A stretch of DNA of 64,000 nt, taken from contig CAWJLA010000004.1 of assembly GCA_963843605.1 (NCBI GenBank), positions 219,282 through 283,281 on the forward strand, written 5' to 3'. Under the pieces are notes generated by a model. The model was not told the DNA's origin. It made no database searches and saw only the letters and a list, made by a program, of their open reading frames with translations. The stretch's first letter is position 1. Each line of letters begins with the position of its first letter. Below, in pieces: positions 53,754-62,486 of the stretch. A program made the translations under genes and the position numbers. This stretch comes from an uncultured Bacteroidota bacterium. Lineage in GTDB: Bacteria > Bacteroidota > Ignavibacteria > Ignavibacteriales > Ignavibacteriaceae.

Positions 53754-55903
53754 TGTTTAATTTTGAAAAAATCAGCCTGAATTTTGCCTTTCCGGCATTT
53801 TACTTTTTTTTGGCAGTTCTTCTTCTGGCAGTCTATACATTATACATATACAGATACACAATTCCTCCGATAAGCAGTTTTAAAAAAATTATATTAATTG
53901 CTTTAAGAACAATAGCACTGCTGCTTCTCCTATTTGCTTTTTTTGAACCTGTTTTGTCGTTTGCAAAAAAGAAAATTCTTCAGCCGGTAAATATGATATT
54001 TATTGATAATTCCAGATCAATACAAATTAAAGACGGCACCGAAAGGGAAAAGACCGAATTACAATTCGTAAAAGATCTTGATGCAAACGGATTGAAAGAC
54101 AATTCGGTCTTATATTCATTCGGAACAAATTTAAAAGGAATCGGTTTCGATAGTCTTCAAAAAATAAATTTTTCGGAAGGCAGCACGGATTTCTCGAAAA
54201 TATTTTCGTTCATAAACAAAAGCAGCGCAAATATATCATCTGTTGTAATTGTGAGCGACGGTGTTATAACCGAAGGGGCGGATCCCCTGCATACGGCGGA
54301 AAGACTTAATATACCTGTCTATACAATCGGGGTTGGTGATACTACCACAAGGAACGACATACTTGTTAAAAACGTAATGCACAACGATCTGATTTACTCC
54401 GAAACCCCAACTTCCATAGTAGCGGCTGTAGCAAATACGGGCTTTGCCGGAAAGAATGTTCTTGTCTCCCTTTATGAAAATAATATTCAAGTTGATCAGA
54501 AAAGCATTGAGCTTAATAGCGACGGCATACAGAACGTGAACATGACTTATACTCCGAAGACAAGCGGCGAAAAAAAGTTAACGGTTGCAGTTGCCGATTC
54601 CAAGGGAGAGTTTACATATGCAAATAACAGAAGATTGTTTTACATAAACGTACTAAGTAATAAGGTTAAGGTACTGGTTGTTGCGGGCAGCCCGTCATCA
54701 GATGTCGCGTTTGTTAAAAACACATTGAAATCCGACGGAAATCTGACGGTAAATTCAATAACGCAGGCTGCCCCGGATAAATTTATTGAAAGTAACAACA
54801 GGCGCCAACTCCTGGACAGCGCAAATGTAATTTTTCTTATGGGCTTTCCTTCAAAGGAAACTTCTCCGAATTTATTGCAGTCGGTATTGAAGGAAATGTC
54901 CGAAAAAGATAAACCTTATTTTATTTCTTTATCCGAAGGCACCGATTTCGGTAAGCTGATGCAGTTTGCTAGCCAGCTGCCTTTTACAATTAAAAATATA
55001 AATCCGGATTATATAGAAATTCAGCCGGACGTCTCGGCGGAGCAGACGGATAATCCGCTGCTGCAGAATAACGCTGCCAACCCGGTAACCGCGTGGAATA
55101 ACCTTCCGCCTGTTTTTCAGCCGAATGTTGATATGCAGCCCAAGCCGGAAAGTAATGTACTATCTCGAATAAAAATTAATAACATACCGATGAACCGCCC
55201 TCTGATTCTTACGAGGATACTTGGAAAACAAAAATCCATAGCAGTTCTTGCGAAAGATATATGGCGCTGGAAACTGGAGACGGTTCCGCAGAATCTCGAC
55301 TTATTCAACAGGTTTATTTTAGCTTCCGTAAAATGGCTTAATACCAAAGAAGATCATAGACAGGTTACAATAAAAACTTCTAAAAAATCGTATTCGCTCG
55401 GCGAACCGGTTGAATTTTCCGCTCAGATTTATGATCAGTCATTTAACCCGGTGTCAAACGCGGAGGTAAAAGTAAATGTCCGTTTCGGAAATGAAAATTT
55501 CCCGGTTAACCTTAATTCTCTCGGCAGCGGTCTGTATGAGGGCAAATTTACAAACAACAAAGCCGGAGATTATTCCTATACCGGAACAGCTTCTATGGAC
55601 GGCACAAAATACGGGTCGGATAACGGTAGATTTAATGTGGGTGAAGTAGATATTGAAATGATGAATCCGAGGATGAATTACGAATATCTGACTCTCCTTT
55701 CGCATCAGACTAACGGCAGATTTTTTTATAATACAAAATACGGCGAGCTATTTAAAATATTAAAGGAAAAAGACATTAAAACTTCGAAGGAAAAAATAGA
55801 AGTCAGTGATGTAAATCTTTGGTCTAATGAATGGCTGCTTTCACTTGCCGTACTTCTTTTCGCACTTGAATGGTTTTTAAGAAAAAGAAGCGGGATGCTT
55901 TAA
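53753..55903 (+). CDS. Large membrane protein with BatA-like N-terminal double-TM domain and C-terminal TM (hypothetical)
   Basis: Two N-terminal TM helices, VVIVSDGVITEGADPL...IPVYTIGVGD (vWA / amidotransferase-like block), C-terminal TM. TGATG overlap with the upstream gene. Confidence 0.55.
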   Translation: MFNFEKISLNFAFPAFYFFLAVLLLAVYTLYIYRYTIPPISSFKKIILIALRTIALLLLLFAFFEPVLSFAKKKILQPVNMIFIDNSRSIQIKDGTEREKTELQFVKDLDANGLKDNSVLYSFGTNLKGIGFDSLQKINFSEGSTDFSKIFSFINKSSANISSVVIVSDGVITEGADPLHTAERLNIPVYTIGVGDTTTRNDILVKNVMHNDLIYSETPTSIVAAVANTGFAGKNVLVSLYENNIQVDQKSIELNSDGIQNVNMTYTPKTSGEKKLTVAVADSKGEFTYANNRRLFYINVLSNKVKVLVVAGSPSSDVAFVKNTLKSDGNLTVNSITQAAPDKFIESNNRRQLLDSANVIFLMGFPSKETSPNLLQSVLKEMSEKDKPYFISLSEGTDFGKLMQFASQLPFTIKNINPDYIEIQPDVSAEQTDNPLLQNNAANPVTAWNNLPPVFQPNVDMQPKPESNVLSRIKINNIPMNRPLILTRILGKQKSIAVLAKDIWRWKLETVPQNLDLFNRFILASVKWLNTKEDHRQVTIKTSKKSYSLGEPVEFSAQIYDQSFNPVSNAEVKVNVRFGNENFPVNLNSLGSGLYEGKFTNNKAGDYSYTGTASMDGTKYGSDNGRFNVGEVDIEMMNPRMNYEYLTLLSHQTNGRFFYNTKYGELFKILKEKDIKTSKEKIEVSDVNLWSNEWLLSLAVLLFALEWFLRKRSGML

Positions 55904-56016
55904 ACAATTTTTTTTTGCACATTTCAATTATTCATTCAGTCAATTTTGCACATTACAGGGGAAAATCGAAATCAATGTGCAATCCCGTTTACAAAATAAT
56001 AATTAGAAGCGAGATC

Positions 56017-56165
56017 ATTTTTCTCAGTGCAACTCAGTGTGCACTCTGTGGAACTCAATGCTACATAAGTCCGGCGCAAAGGCACCAACAAAATTTTGTT
56101 GACTACCCTTAACAGGAAGAAGGATCACAGAGTAACGCAGAGGCAGCAATGAGTTTCACAGAGTA
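56017..56165. repeat. Copy A of a ~130-150 bp inverted-repeat (MITE-like or structured-RNA) element
   Basis: 5' block TTTTTCTCAGTGCAACTCAGTGTGCACTCTGTGGAACTCAATG. 3' block CACAGAGT...CAATGAGTTTCACAGAG is its imperfect reverse complement. Homologous to 60577-60707. Confidence 0.7.
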
Positions 56166-56183
56166 GAAAAGATAAAAGGGGGT

Positions 56184-56873
56184 ATGAAATTGAATTTACT
56201 TACAAATACATTTGATTTTTTTCTCCCCCGTTTCTGCCCCTCATGCAATTTAAAACTCGATTCGAATGAAAAAGTTATATGCCGCACCTGCCTGGATAAA
56301 ATAAAGCTTGCATCGGAAGAAAGAGTAAGTTACGAATACGCCAAAAAGTATTCAGGAAAAGGAGTAATTTCAGGATTCGCTTCACTTTATGTTTTCGAAA
56401 AAGATAAAGAGCTTCAGAACATAATTCATAAGCTAAAATATGATCAGCGTTTTTTGATCGGAAAGTTTCTGGGTGAATTGATCGGCTCGGTTAAAGCGGA
56501 AGTAATTAAGTCATGGCAAATTGATATTATAATACCGGTTCCGCTCCATAACCTTAAAAAAATCGAACGCGGCTATAACCAATCATTTTATATTGCCAAA
56601 GGAATAGGCAGAATGATATCGGTGCCGGTAAATACGCACACGGTAAAAAGGAAAAAATATACGCTTACGCAGACCAAGATGAATTTAACCGAGCGCGAGA
56701 AAAATGTTACGGAAGCTTTTAAATTGCAAAATAGGAAAGCGATAACAGGCAAAAACATACTTCTGGTAGACGATGTTATTACAACCGGTGCAACTACAAA
56801 TGAATGCGGAAAAGTGCTGCTTGACGGCGGAGCCGTAAAAATATACGCAATTTCTACCGCAATAGCCGAGTAA
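56184..56873 (+). CDS. comF: ComF family protein (phosphoribosyltransferase domain)
   Basis: N-terminal CPSC...CRTC zinc-finger-like motif and PRTase loop ILLVDDVITTGATTNE. Confidence 0.85.
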   Translation: MKLNLLTNTFDFFLPRFCPSCNLKLDSNEKVICRTCLDKIKLASEERVSYEYAKKYSGKGVISGFASLYVFEKDKELQNIIHKLKYDQRFLIGKFLGELIGSVKAEVIKSWQIDIIIPVPLHNLKKIERGYNQSFYIAKGIGRMISVPVNTHTVKRKKYTLTQTKMNLTEREKNVTEAFKLQNRKAITGKNILLVDDVITTGATTNECGKVLLDGGAVKIYAISTAIAE

Positions 56874-56882
56874 AAGGATTTC

Positions 56883-58511
56883 TCACATTCTTTCCGGAGC
56901 GTTAACTCCCAGAATGGTTAAACCGTTCTTAATGACTACCTTGGTTGCCAGAGCAAGCGCAACTCTGGCTTCTGCTAATTTCTTTTCGGTACCTAAAATT
57001 CTGCAAAAAGTATAGAACTTATGAAACGAGGCAGCTAATTCTTCGAGGTAAGCACAAATTCTGTGAGGTTCGTAAAACTCGGCGCTTAATAAAACTTCGT
57101 CTTGAAATCTGTGGAGTTTTCTCAGAAGCTGCTGTTCTTCGGGTGCCGTGAGAAGCTCCAGATTTTCAACAGATTCCTTTAAACTTTCCTTCTCAATCAT
57201 TTTAAGTATTGAACATATCCTAGCATGCGCATACTGAAGATAAAATACCGGGTTTTCATCCGACTGTTTTTTAGCAAGCGACAGATCAAAATTCATATGG
57301 GTCGAAATGTTTCGCATATTAAAAAAGTAACGAACTACATCGCTGCCTACTTCGTCTTCAAGCTGATCCAGAGTAATATAATTTGCTTTGCGTGTTGACA
57401 TCTTAACCACTTCCCCGCCGTCCATTATAGTTACAAACTGATGAATAAGTACTTTTATTTTATCGGAGTCGTAACCCAGCGCCCGAAGTCCGGCCAGCAC
57501 ATCGGGATAAGTCGCATTATGATCCGATCCGAAAATGTCTATCATCAGATCGTAACCGCGTTCGAATTTAGTAATATGATAAGCGATATCGGGCAGTCTG
57601 TACGTCGGTTCCCCGGTTGATTTAACTATAACCTTGTCCTGATCGTTACCGAGTTCCGTAAGCTTAAGCCACAGTGCGCCGTCTTTTTCGTATGCTAGTT
57701 CTTTCTCTTTGAATGCAGCTATAGCCGAATTTATCTTGCCTTCTTTGTATAACGAATTCTCATTATAAAATATTTTATGCATTATACCGAGTCTCTCGAG
57801 CGAAGATTTTATATCTTTGAATATTTCGCTTTCGGCTTTATCCTTAAATTTGCCTTCGGCTGATTCATTAGTAAGTCCGTCTCCGAATTCATTCAGAAGG
57901 CTTTGTGCAATATCTTTTATATATTCGCCCTGATAATAATCTGCAGGGAAGTCTATTTTATTTCCGAGCAATTCCTGGTATCTGAGTCTTACAGAATCGC
58001 CCAGAACACGCATCTGTCTGCCGGCGTTATTAAAATAATATTCTCTGTCTACGGAATAGCCGGCCCATTCGAGTAAATTGGCAATTGTATCGCCGTACAC
58101 TGCATTTCGTCCGTGTCCTACCGTAAGCGGCCCGGTAGGGTTTGCGGAAACAAATTCCACGTTAGCGCGCCTTCCGTTATATTTTTCGGATTTACCGTAT
58201 CTTTCTCCGCCATCAAGAATTTCGGAAGTAATACCGGCAATAAAATCGTTGGTGAAAAAGAAATTTATAAATCCCGGTCCCGCAATTTCCGTTTTCCCGA
58301 TTATCTTATTATCCATATTCAGATTTGTGATAATTTCTTCCGCTATATCCCTTGGTTTTCTTTTCAGCTGTTTTGTTAAAAGCATTGCCGCATTAGAGGA
58401 AAGATCGCCGTGTGTTTCAATTTTCGGTACGTCAAAATTTATATTAATATCTTTAAGATAAACCAGCTTTTCCGAAGCAACTTTGAATAAAGAGTATAGG
58501 TATTCTTTCAA
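56883..58511 (-). CDS. argS: Arginine--tRNA ligase (TTG start at 58509-58511 proposed; ORF open to 58622, overlapping rsfS)
   Basis: GPGFINFF, ANPTGPLTVGHGRNA (HIGH region), VKMSTRKANYITL (KMSK-like), DALR anticodon-binding C-terminus. Confidence 0.92.
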   Translation of the reverse strand: MKEYLYSLFKVASEKLVYLKDININFDVPKIETHGDLSSNAAMLLTKQLKRKPRDIAEEIITNLNMDNKIIGKTEIAGPGFINFFFTNDFIAGITSEILDGGERYGKSEKYNGRRANVEFVSANPTGPLTVGHGRNAVYGDTIANLLEWAGYSVDREYYFNNAGRQMRVLGDSVRLRYQELLGNKIDFPADYYQGEYIKDIAQSLLNEFGDGLTNESAEGKFKDKAESEIFKDIKSSLERLGIMHKIFYNENSLYKEGKINSAIAAFKEKELAYEKDGALWLKLTELGNDQDKVIVKSTGEPTYRLPDIAYHITKFERGYDLMIDIFGSDHNATYPDVLAGLRALGYDSDKIKVLIHQFVTIMDGGEVVKMSTRKANYITLDQLEDEVGSDVVRYFFNMRNISTHMNFDLSLAKKQSDENPVFYLQYAHARICSILKMIEKESLKESVENLELLTAPEEQQLLRKLHRFQDEVLLSAEFYEPHRICAYLEELAASFHKFYTFCRILGTEKKLAEARVALALATKVVIKNGLTILGVNAPERM

Positions 58512-58542
58512 TTTTATTCCGGTATTTTTTTTGTAAAAAATA

Positions 58543-58953
58543 TTATTGAGATTTTTCTTTTTTGGGTCTGCCGGGTTTTCTTTTTGCCGGTATTTTCGGA
58601 AAAAGAACGGGATCTTCGGCAATTGTTATATCGGCGTCGCCCCATAGTTTTTCCAGGTTATAAAATTCTCGAGCATCTTTTTTAAAGACATGCACCACCA
58701 CGTCAACATAATCTAGCAATACCCATTGCAGAGCCCGGTATCCTTCCTTATGCCAAACCTTAATGCCTTCGTCCCTTAAATTCTTTTCGACCTCATCGGC
58801 AATGGCTTTTACCTGAGGTTCGGAATCCGCAGAACAAATTATAAAATAATCCGACATTGTTGTTAATTTTTTAAGGTCCATGATTTTTACGTCGAAGCCC
58901 TTTTTATTGAAGATTAACCCGGTAATCTTGTTCGTCAATTCTATTGATTCCAA
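58543..58953 (-). CDS. rsfS: Ribosomal silencing factor RsfS with a basic AT-hook-like C-terminal tail
   Basis: DYFIICSADSEPQVKAIADEV, WVLLDYVDVVVHVF, YNLEKLWGDA; tail PAKRKPGRPKKEKSQ. Confidence 0.88.
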   Translation of the reverse strand: MESIELTNKITGLIFNKKGFDVKIMDLKKLTTMSDYFIICSADSEPQVKAIADEVEKNLRDEGIKVWHKEGYRALQWVLLDYVDVVVHVFKKDAREFYNLEKLWGDADITIAEDPVLFPKIPAKRKPGRPKKEKSQ

Positions 58954-58963
58954 TAGTATTCCT

Positions 58964-59455
58964 TTATTTATTTTGATATGGTTTTAAATTATAAAAATCT
59001 TTTCCGACCACAATAGAAACATCCAGAAAATAATTTTCGTTTATCTGCTGAATTACATTTTTTCTGTTAATTCCCAGGGCATCGGCTACTTTATACGCAT
59101 TTGCCGAATTTCCGGTTCGGTCTATCACTATTGTTTTTTCAACGTCATATGAAATATAATTCCCCATCTGCACAACGTCAAAGTGATTTGATCTCAGATA
59201 CTCTGTAAATTTATCGGCAATACCTTCTATGCCGCAGCCGTTTAGCACTTCAACCTGAATTTCAGAATGAGCTTTTTTATTTGCGGCGGTATCCGGAGAG
59301 CCCGAAGGCGCCGCTATTTTCCGGTATAATGAATAAGACATATATGCCACAATAACCGCAAGCAGTACGATTATAATATTAAAAACGAAATTTGTCGATG
59401 AGGCTTTTGCTGGACTATTATCCGGTAGATTATTGGATTGGGATTTATCCTTCAC
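58964..59455 (-). CDS. LytR_C-domain membrane-anchored protein
   Basis: N-terminal TM, then IQVEVLNGCGIEGIADKFTEYLRSNHFDVVQMGN...TIVIDRTGN, typical of LytR_C domains. Confidence 0.65.
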   Translation of the reverse strand: MKDKSQSNNLPDNSPAKASSTNFVFNIIIVLLAVIVAYMSYSLYRKIAAPSGSPDTAANKKAHSEIQVEVLNGCGIEGIADKFTEYLRSNHFDVVQMGNYISYDVEKTIVIDRTGNSANAYKVADALGINRKNVIQQINENYFLDVSIVVGKDFYNLKPYQNK

Positions 59456-59502
59456 TTATTCTCGCTTTAATCCGTCAAAAGAAAAAATTGATATCAGGTA
59501 AT

Positions 59503-60012
59503 TTATTTTTTGCCCATAAACGGATTTACTTCATCAAAGCCGCTGTAAAAATTATTATAATATCCTCCGTAATATGAGTAAGGCGAATAATACGAATACG
59601 GCATATTACTGTACTGAACCGATATTGTTACGTCCTTCCATGGCTGATAATTTATAGCAGCTCTGTTTATATAAAAACCGTTTATGCTTTTTTGGAAATC
59701 ACTCCCCAGGGTGCTGTAAGGAGAAGTTACAACGCTTGCATCCAGTTGAAGATTTAAGCTGTTGGATAACTTTAATGCCATGCTGTTGGTGTACATACCC
59801 AGCGCCATACCTTGGGATCCGGAAGTTGAGTATGACATGCTGTAAGATTGCTTCATAATAAAATTATCGGAATTTAAAAAACCGAACAATGAGCCCGTGG
59901 GTTTTGCCATTATCCCGTCTCTTATGTCGCTGCTCGAAGTCCCCGAATCTTTAAACTGAGCAAATGCGGTTAACGAGAAGCCCAAAAAGAATATTATCAA
60001 CAGCTTTTTCAT
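59503..60012 (-). CDS. Hypothetical secreted protein, Ser/Tyr-rich (start at MKKLLII)
   Basis: Signal peptide MKKLLIIFFLGFSLTAFAQ; C-terminus YSYYSPYSYYGGYYNNFYSGF; no recognised family. Confidence 0.5.
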   Translation of the reverse strand: MKKLLIIFFLGFSLTAFAQFKDSGTSSSDIRDGIMAKPTGSLFGFLNSDNFIMKQSYSMSYSTSGSQGMALGMYTNSMALKLSNSLNLQLDASVVTSPYSTLGSDFQKSINGFYINRAAINYQPWKDVTISVQYSNMPYSYYSPYSYYGGYYNNFYSGFDEVNPFMGKK

Positions 60013-60103
60013 AACATTATCCAATAATTTGCCTTAATATTATAAAAATCAGGCAACAAAATCAATGAATTATATTTCCCGATACGGTCCATGGTCGCGA
60101 AAA

Positions 60104-60460
60104 TTACAATATTTTAGTGACCTTGTTAGATTTATTCACCAGCACAACCTTCGGTTTATGACTGCGTGCTTCTTCCTCGCTCATCTGAGAATATGCAATT
60201 ATAATTACTTCGTCGCCTACGGCTCCCAGTCTCGCAGCAGGGCCGTTAAGGCAGATCATCCCGCTTCCTGCTTCACCTACCAGAGTATAGGTCTCGAGTC
60301 TGCTTCCCGAATTTACGTTGACTACCTGTACTTTTTCATGAGGCAATATATCCGCAGCATCAAGCAGATCCTTATCTATAGTAATACTTCCCTCATAATA
60401 TAACTCGGCCATTGTAACCGTTGCACGGTGTATTTTAGCCCTGAACATTTCTCTATTCAT
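60104..60460 (-). CDS. panD: Aspartate 1-decarboxylase
   Basis: [12 protein letters not shown]...YEGSITID (Gly-Ser self-cleavage site), NGPAARL. Confidence 0.95.
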   Translation of the reverse strand: MNREMFRAKIHRATVTMAELYYEGSITIDKDLLDAADILPHEKVQVVNVNSGSRLETYTLVGEAGSGMICLNGPAARLGAVGDEVIIIAYSQMSEEEARSHKPKVVLVNKSNKVTKIL

Positions 60461-60576
60461 CAGTATAACACAATATTTTTTAGTTATTAAATATACTTAG
60501 ATTTAGCCCACACTTTCAAGGCAGCAATCAGTAGTGATTAATGTCTCCCGGCTTAACGGCAAAGAGCGAAAATTGA

Positions 60577-60707
60577 TTTTTTCTCTGTGTAACTCAGTGT
60601 ATACTCCGTGGAACTCTGTGATCCCGACTCCCCGTAAGGCAGATTACTCCTAATTATGGATAAACCCCGCTAAAGCAAAAAGATTAGCACTGAGTTTCAC
60701 TGAGGGA
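60577..60707. repeat. Copy B of the inverted-repeat element
   Basis: TTTTTCTCTGTGTAACTCAGTGTATACTCCGTGGAACTCTGTG ... CACTGAGTTTCACTGAG. The 17-nt termini pair at 15 of 17 positions. Same orientation as copy A. Confidence 0.7.
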
Positions 60708-60796
60708 ATTTTTACTTGCGTTTATTGGCGCTCTTTGCGGTTCATCATTATTCAGTCTACGTTGAATAATATTTTTAACTTATTTTCCTTCGTCAC

Positions 60797-60824
60797 TTGA
60801 CAAAATAAAAAAGTATGGTATATT
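60797..60824 (+). promoter_or_regulatory. Sigma70-type promoter of the trp operon
   Basis: TTGACA (60797-60802), 16 nt, TATATT (60819-60824), 13 nt before the leader ATG. Confidence 0.55.
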
Positions 60825-60837
60825 TGCATCAACAATT

Positions 60838-60936
60838 ATGAAAAACAACACCGGAACATATTATAACACGTCTTCCAACTTGAACCAAAATTCTTGGTGG
60901 TGGTGGTATAGTGTAAAAAATAATATGTCCCAGTGA
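60838..60936 (+). CDS. trp operon leader peptide (32 codons, four consecutive Trp codons)
   Basis: MKNNTGTYYNTSSNLNQNSWWWWYSVKNNMSQ*; TGG x4 at 60895-60906. Lies between the promoter and a terminator, directly upstream of trpE. Confidence 0.75.
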   Translation: MKNNTGTYYNTSSNLNQNSWWWWYSVKNNMSQ

Positions 60937-60965
60937 TCTAGAGATTTATTTTATTAACTATAAAA

Positions 60966-61003
60966 ACCCTTCTCAGACAAACTGGGAAGGGTTTTTTGTT
61001 TTT
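60966..61003 (+). terminator. trp attenuator terminator
   Basis: ACCCTTCTCAG-ACAAA-CTGGGAAGGGT (11-bp stem with one G-U) followed by TTTTTTGTTTTT. It ends 10 nt before the trpE ATG. Confidence 0.8.
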
Positions 61004-61013
61004 AGGCGGTAAT

Positions 61014-62486
61014 ATGAATTTTGAAACATTTAAAAAGTTATCCGGGAAATACAATCTGATCCCGGTTTATGAAGTTATAACGGCCGATCTTCTTACGCCT
61101 GTGCTGGCTTACCTGAAAATAAGAAAGAACGGCGCGCAAAGTTTCCTGCTTGAATCGGTTGAGGGCTCCGCCAATATGGCAAGGTATTCGTTTATCGGTA
61201 AAGATCCCGAAGAGGTATTTTCAAATACCGGGATGAAAATAACTGTAAACCGGAACGGAGTAAAAGAGACAATCGAAAAAAATATTTTCGAGTACATAAG
61301 AGAAGATATCCGCAGATATAATCAACCCAAAATAGAACAGCTGCCCGATTTTACCGGCGGCATTGTGGGGTATCTGGGCTACGAGAATATTGGATTAATT
61401 GAGAAAGTTATAAAATTCAGTTCTCAAAGTTTCAACCCCGACTCGATATTCGGAGTTTATAATACCGTGATGGCCTTCGATCATTTCAAACATCAAATAA
61501 TTTTAATAACAAACGTAAAAATCGCATCCGGAATAAATCTGGAAGAAGCATATTCCAAAGCCAAATCCCTTTTAGCCTCGCTGAAGAATGAATTGAAAAG
61601 TCCGGTGGATTATTCATCCGACTTTAAATTAGCCGGAGAGGTACAAGAAGAGTTTGAGCCGGAAGAATTTTATTCACAGGTTGAAGCGGGTAAGAAACAT
61701 ATTACCGAGGGCGATATTTTCCAAATTGTTTTGTCAAAAAGGTTTTCTTCCGGATACAGCGGCGACCCGCTTAATGTTTACCGCTCTTTGAGAATAATAA
61801 ATCCATCGCCTTATATGTATTACCTGGAATTCGATGATAACTTAACCATAATCGGAACGTCACCCGAGGATCTTTTAAAAGTAAAAAACGGCAAGGCGCA
61901 GGTACTGCCAATAGCCGGAACTAGAAAACGAGGAAAGACGCAGAAGGAAGACCTGGATCTGGAACTCAATATGATAAACGACCCGAAGGAACTTGCAGAG
62001 CATACCATGCTTGTCGATCTCGGAAGGAACGATCTCGGCAGAGTTTGTCAGTACGGATCGGTAATGGTTCTGGAAAGTATGAAAGTACAGAAGTATTCGC
62101 ACGTTATGCATATGGTATCTAAAGTTGAAGGAAAGGTTGCTAAAGACAAAGATTCTATCGATGCACTTATGTCTTGTTTTCCCGCTGGCACCGTTTCCGG
62201 AGCGCCTAAAATAAGGGCTATTCAGCTTATTGATGAATATGAAAAACATGAAAGAAATATTTACGCCGGTGCGGTGGGATACTTCGACTTTTCCGGGAAT
62301 CTTGATATGTGCATTGCGATCAGAACTTTGTACGCAAAGCAAAATACCATTTTCTGGCAGGCCGGTGCCGGTATTGTTGCAGACAGCAGGCCGGAGCTTG
62401 AAGCCAAAGAAATAAGAAATAAATCGGCCGCCATGATAAATGCTTTAAAATATGCAGAGGTTATAGATGAAAATTCTGGTAATTGA
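61014..62486 (+). CDS. trpE: Anthranilate synthase component I (start at MNFETF; the track start at 60996 lies in the terminator T-tract)
   Basis: LLESVEG, GDIFQIVLS, NPSPYMYYL, AGTRKRG, GTVSGAPKIRA, GAVGYF, QAGAGIVADS. Confidence 0.96.
   Translation: MNFETFKKLSGKYNLIPVYEVITADLLTPVLAYLKIRKNGAQSFLLESVEGSANMARYSFIGKDPEEVFSNTGMKITVNRNGVKETIEKNIFEYIREDIRRYNQPKIEQLPDFTGGIVGYLGYENIGLIEKVIKFSSQSFNPDSIFGVYNTVMAFDHFKHQIILITNVKIASGINLEEAYSKAKSLLASLKNELKSPVDYSSDFKLAGEVQEEFEPEEFYSQVEAGKKHITEGDIFQIVLSKRFSSGYSGDPLNVYRSLRIINPSPYMYYLEFDDNLTIIGTSPEDLLKVKNGKAQVLPIAGTRKRGKTQKEDLDLELNMINDPKELAEHTMLVDLGRNDLGRVCQYGSVMVLESMKVQKYSHVMHMVSKVEGKVAKDKDSIDALMSCFPAGTVSGAPKIRAIQLIDEYEKHERNIYAGAVGYFDFSGNLDMCIAIRTLYAKQNTIFWQAGAGIVADSRPELEAKEIRNKSAAMINALKYAEVIDENSGN

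Noticed and set aside
55870-56112. 80-aa ORF overlapping the end of the BatA-like gene and repeat copy A
   Set aside because: The translation is repeat-derived (…SATQCALCGTQC…), there is no RBS, and the same DNA recurs non-coding at 60577-60707.
60904-60962. Candidate antiterminator pairing UAUAGU (60907-60912) with ACUAUA (60957-60962), plus AU-rich flanks
   Set aside because: The pairing is short and AU-only, and it does not overlap the terminator stem (which starts at 60966), so it cannot by itself prevent terminator formation. It is left unresolved rather than claimed.
60996-61013. Longer trpE N-terminus (MFLGGN…) given by the ORF track
   Set aside because: These codons lie inside the terminator U-tract. 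The ATG at 61014 has an AGGCGG RBS and matches the usual TrpE N-terminus.
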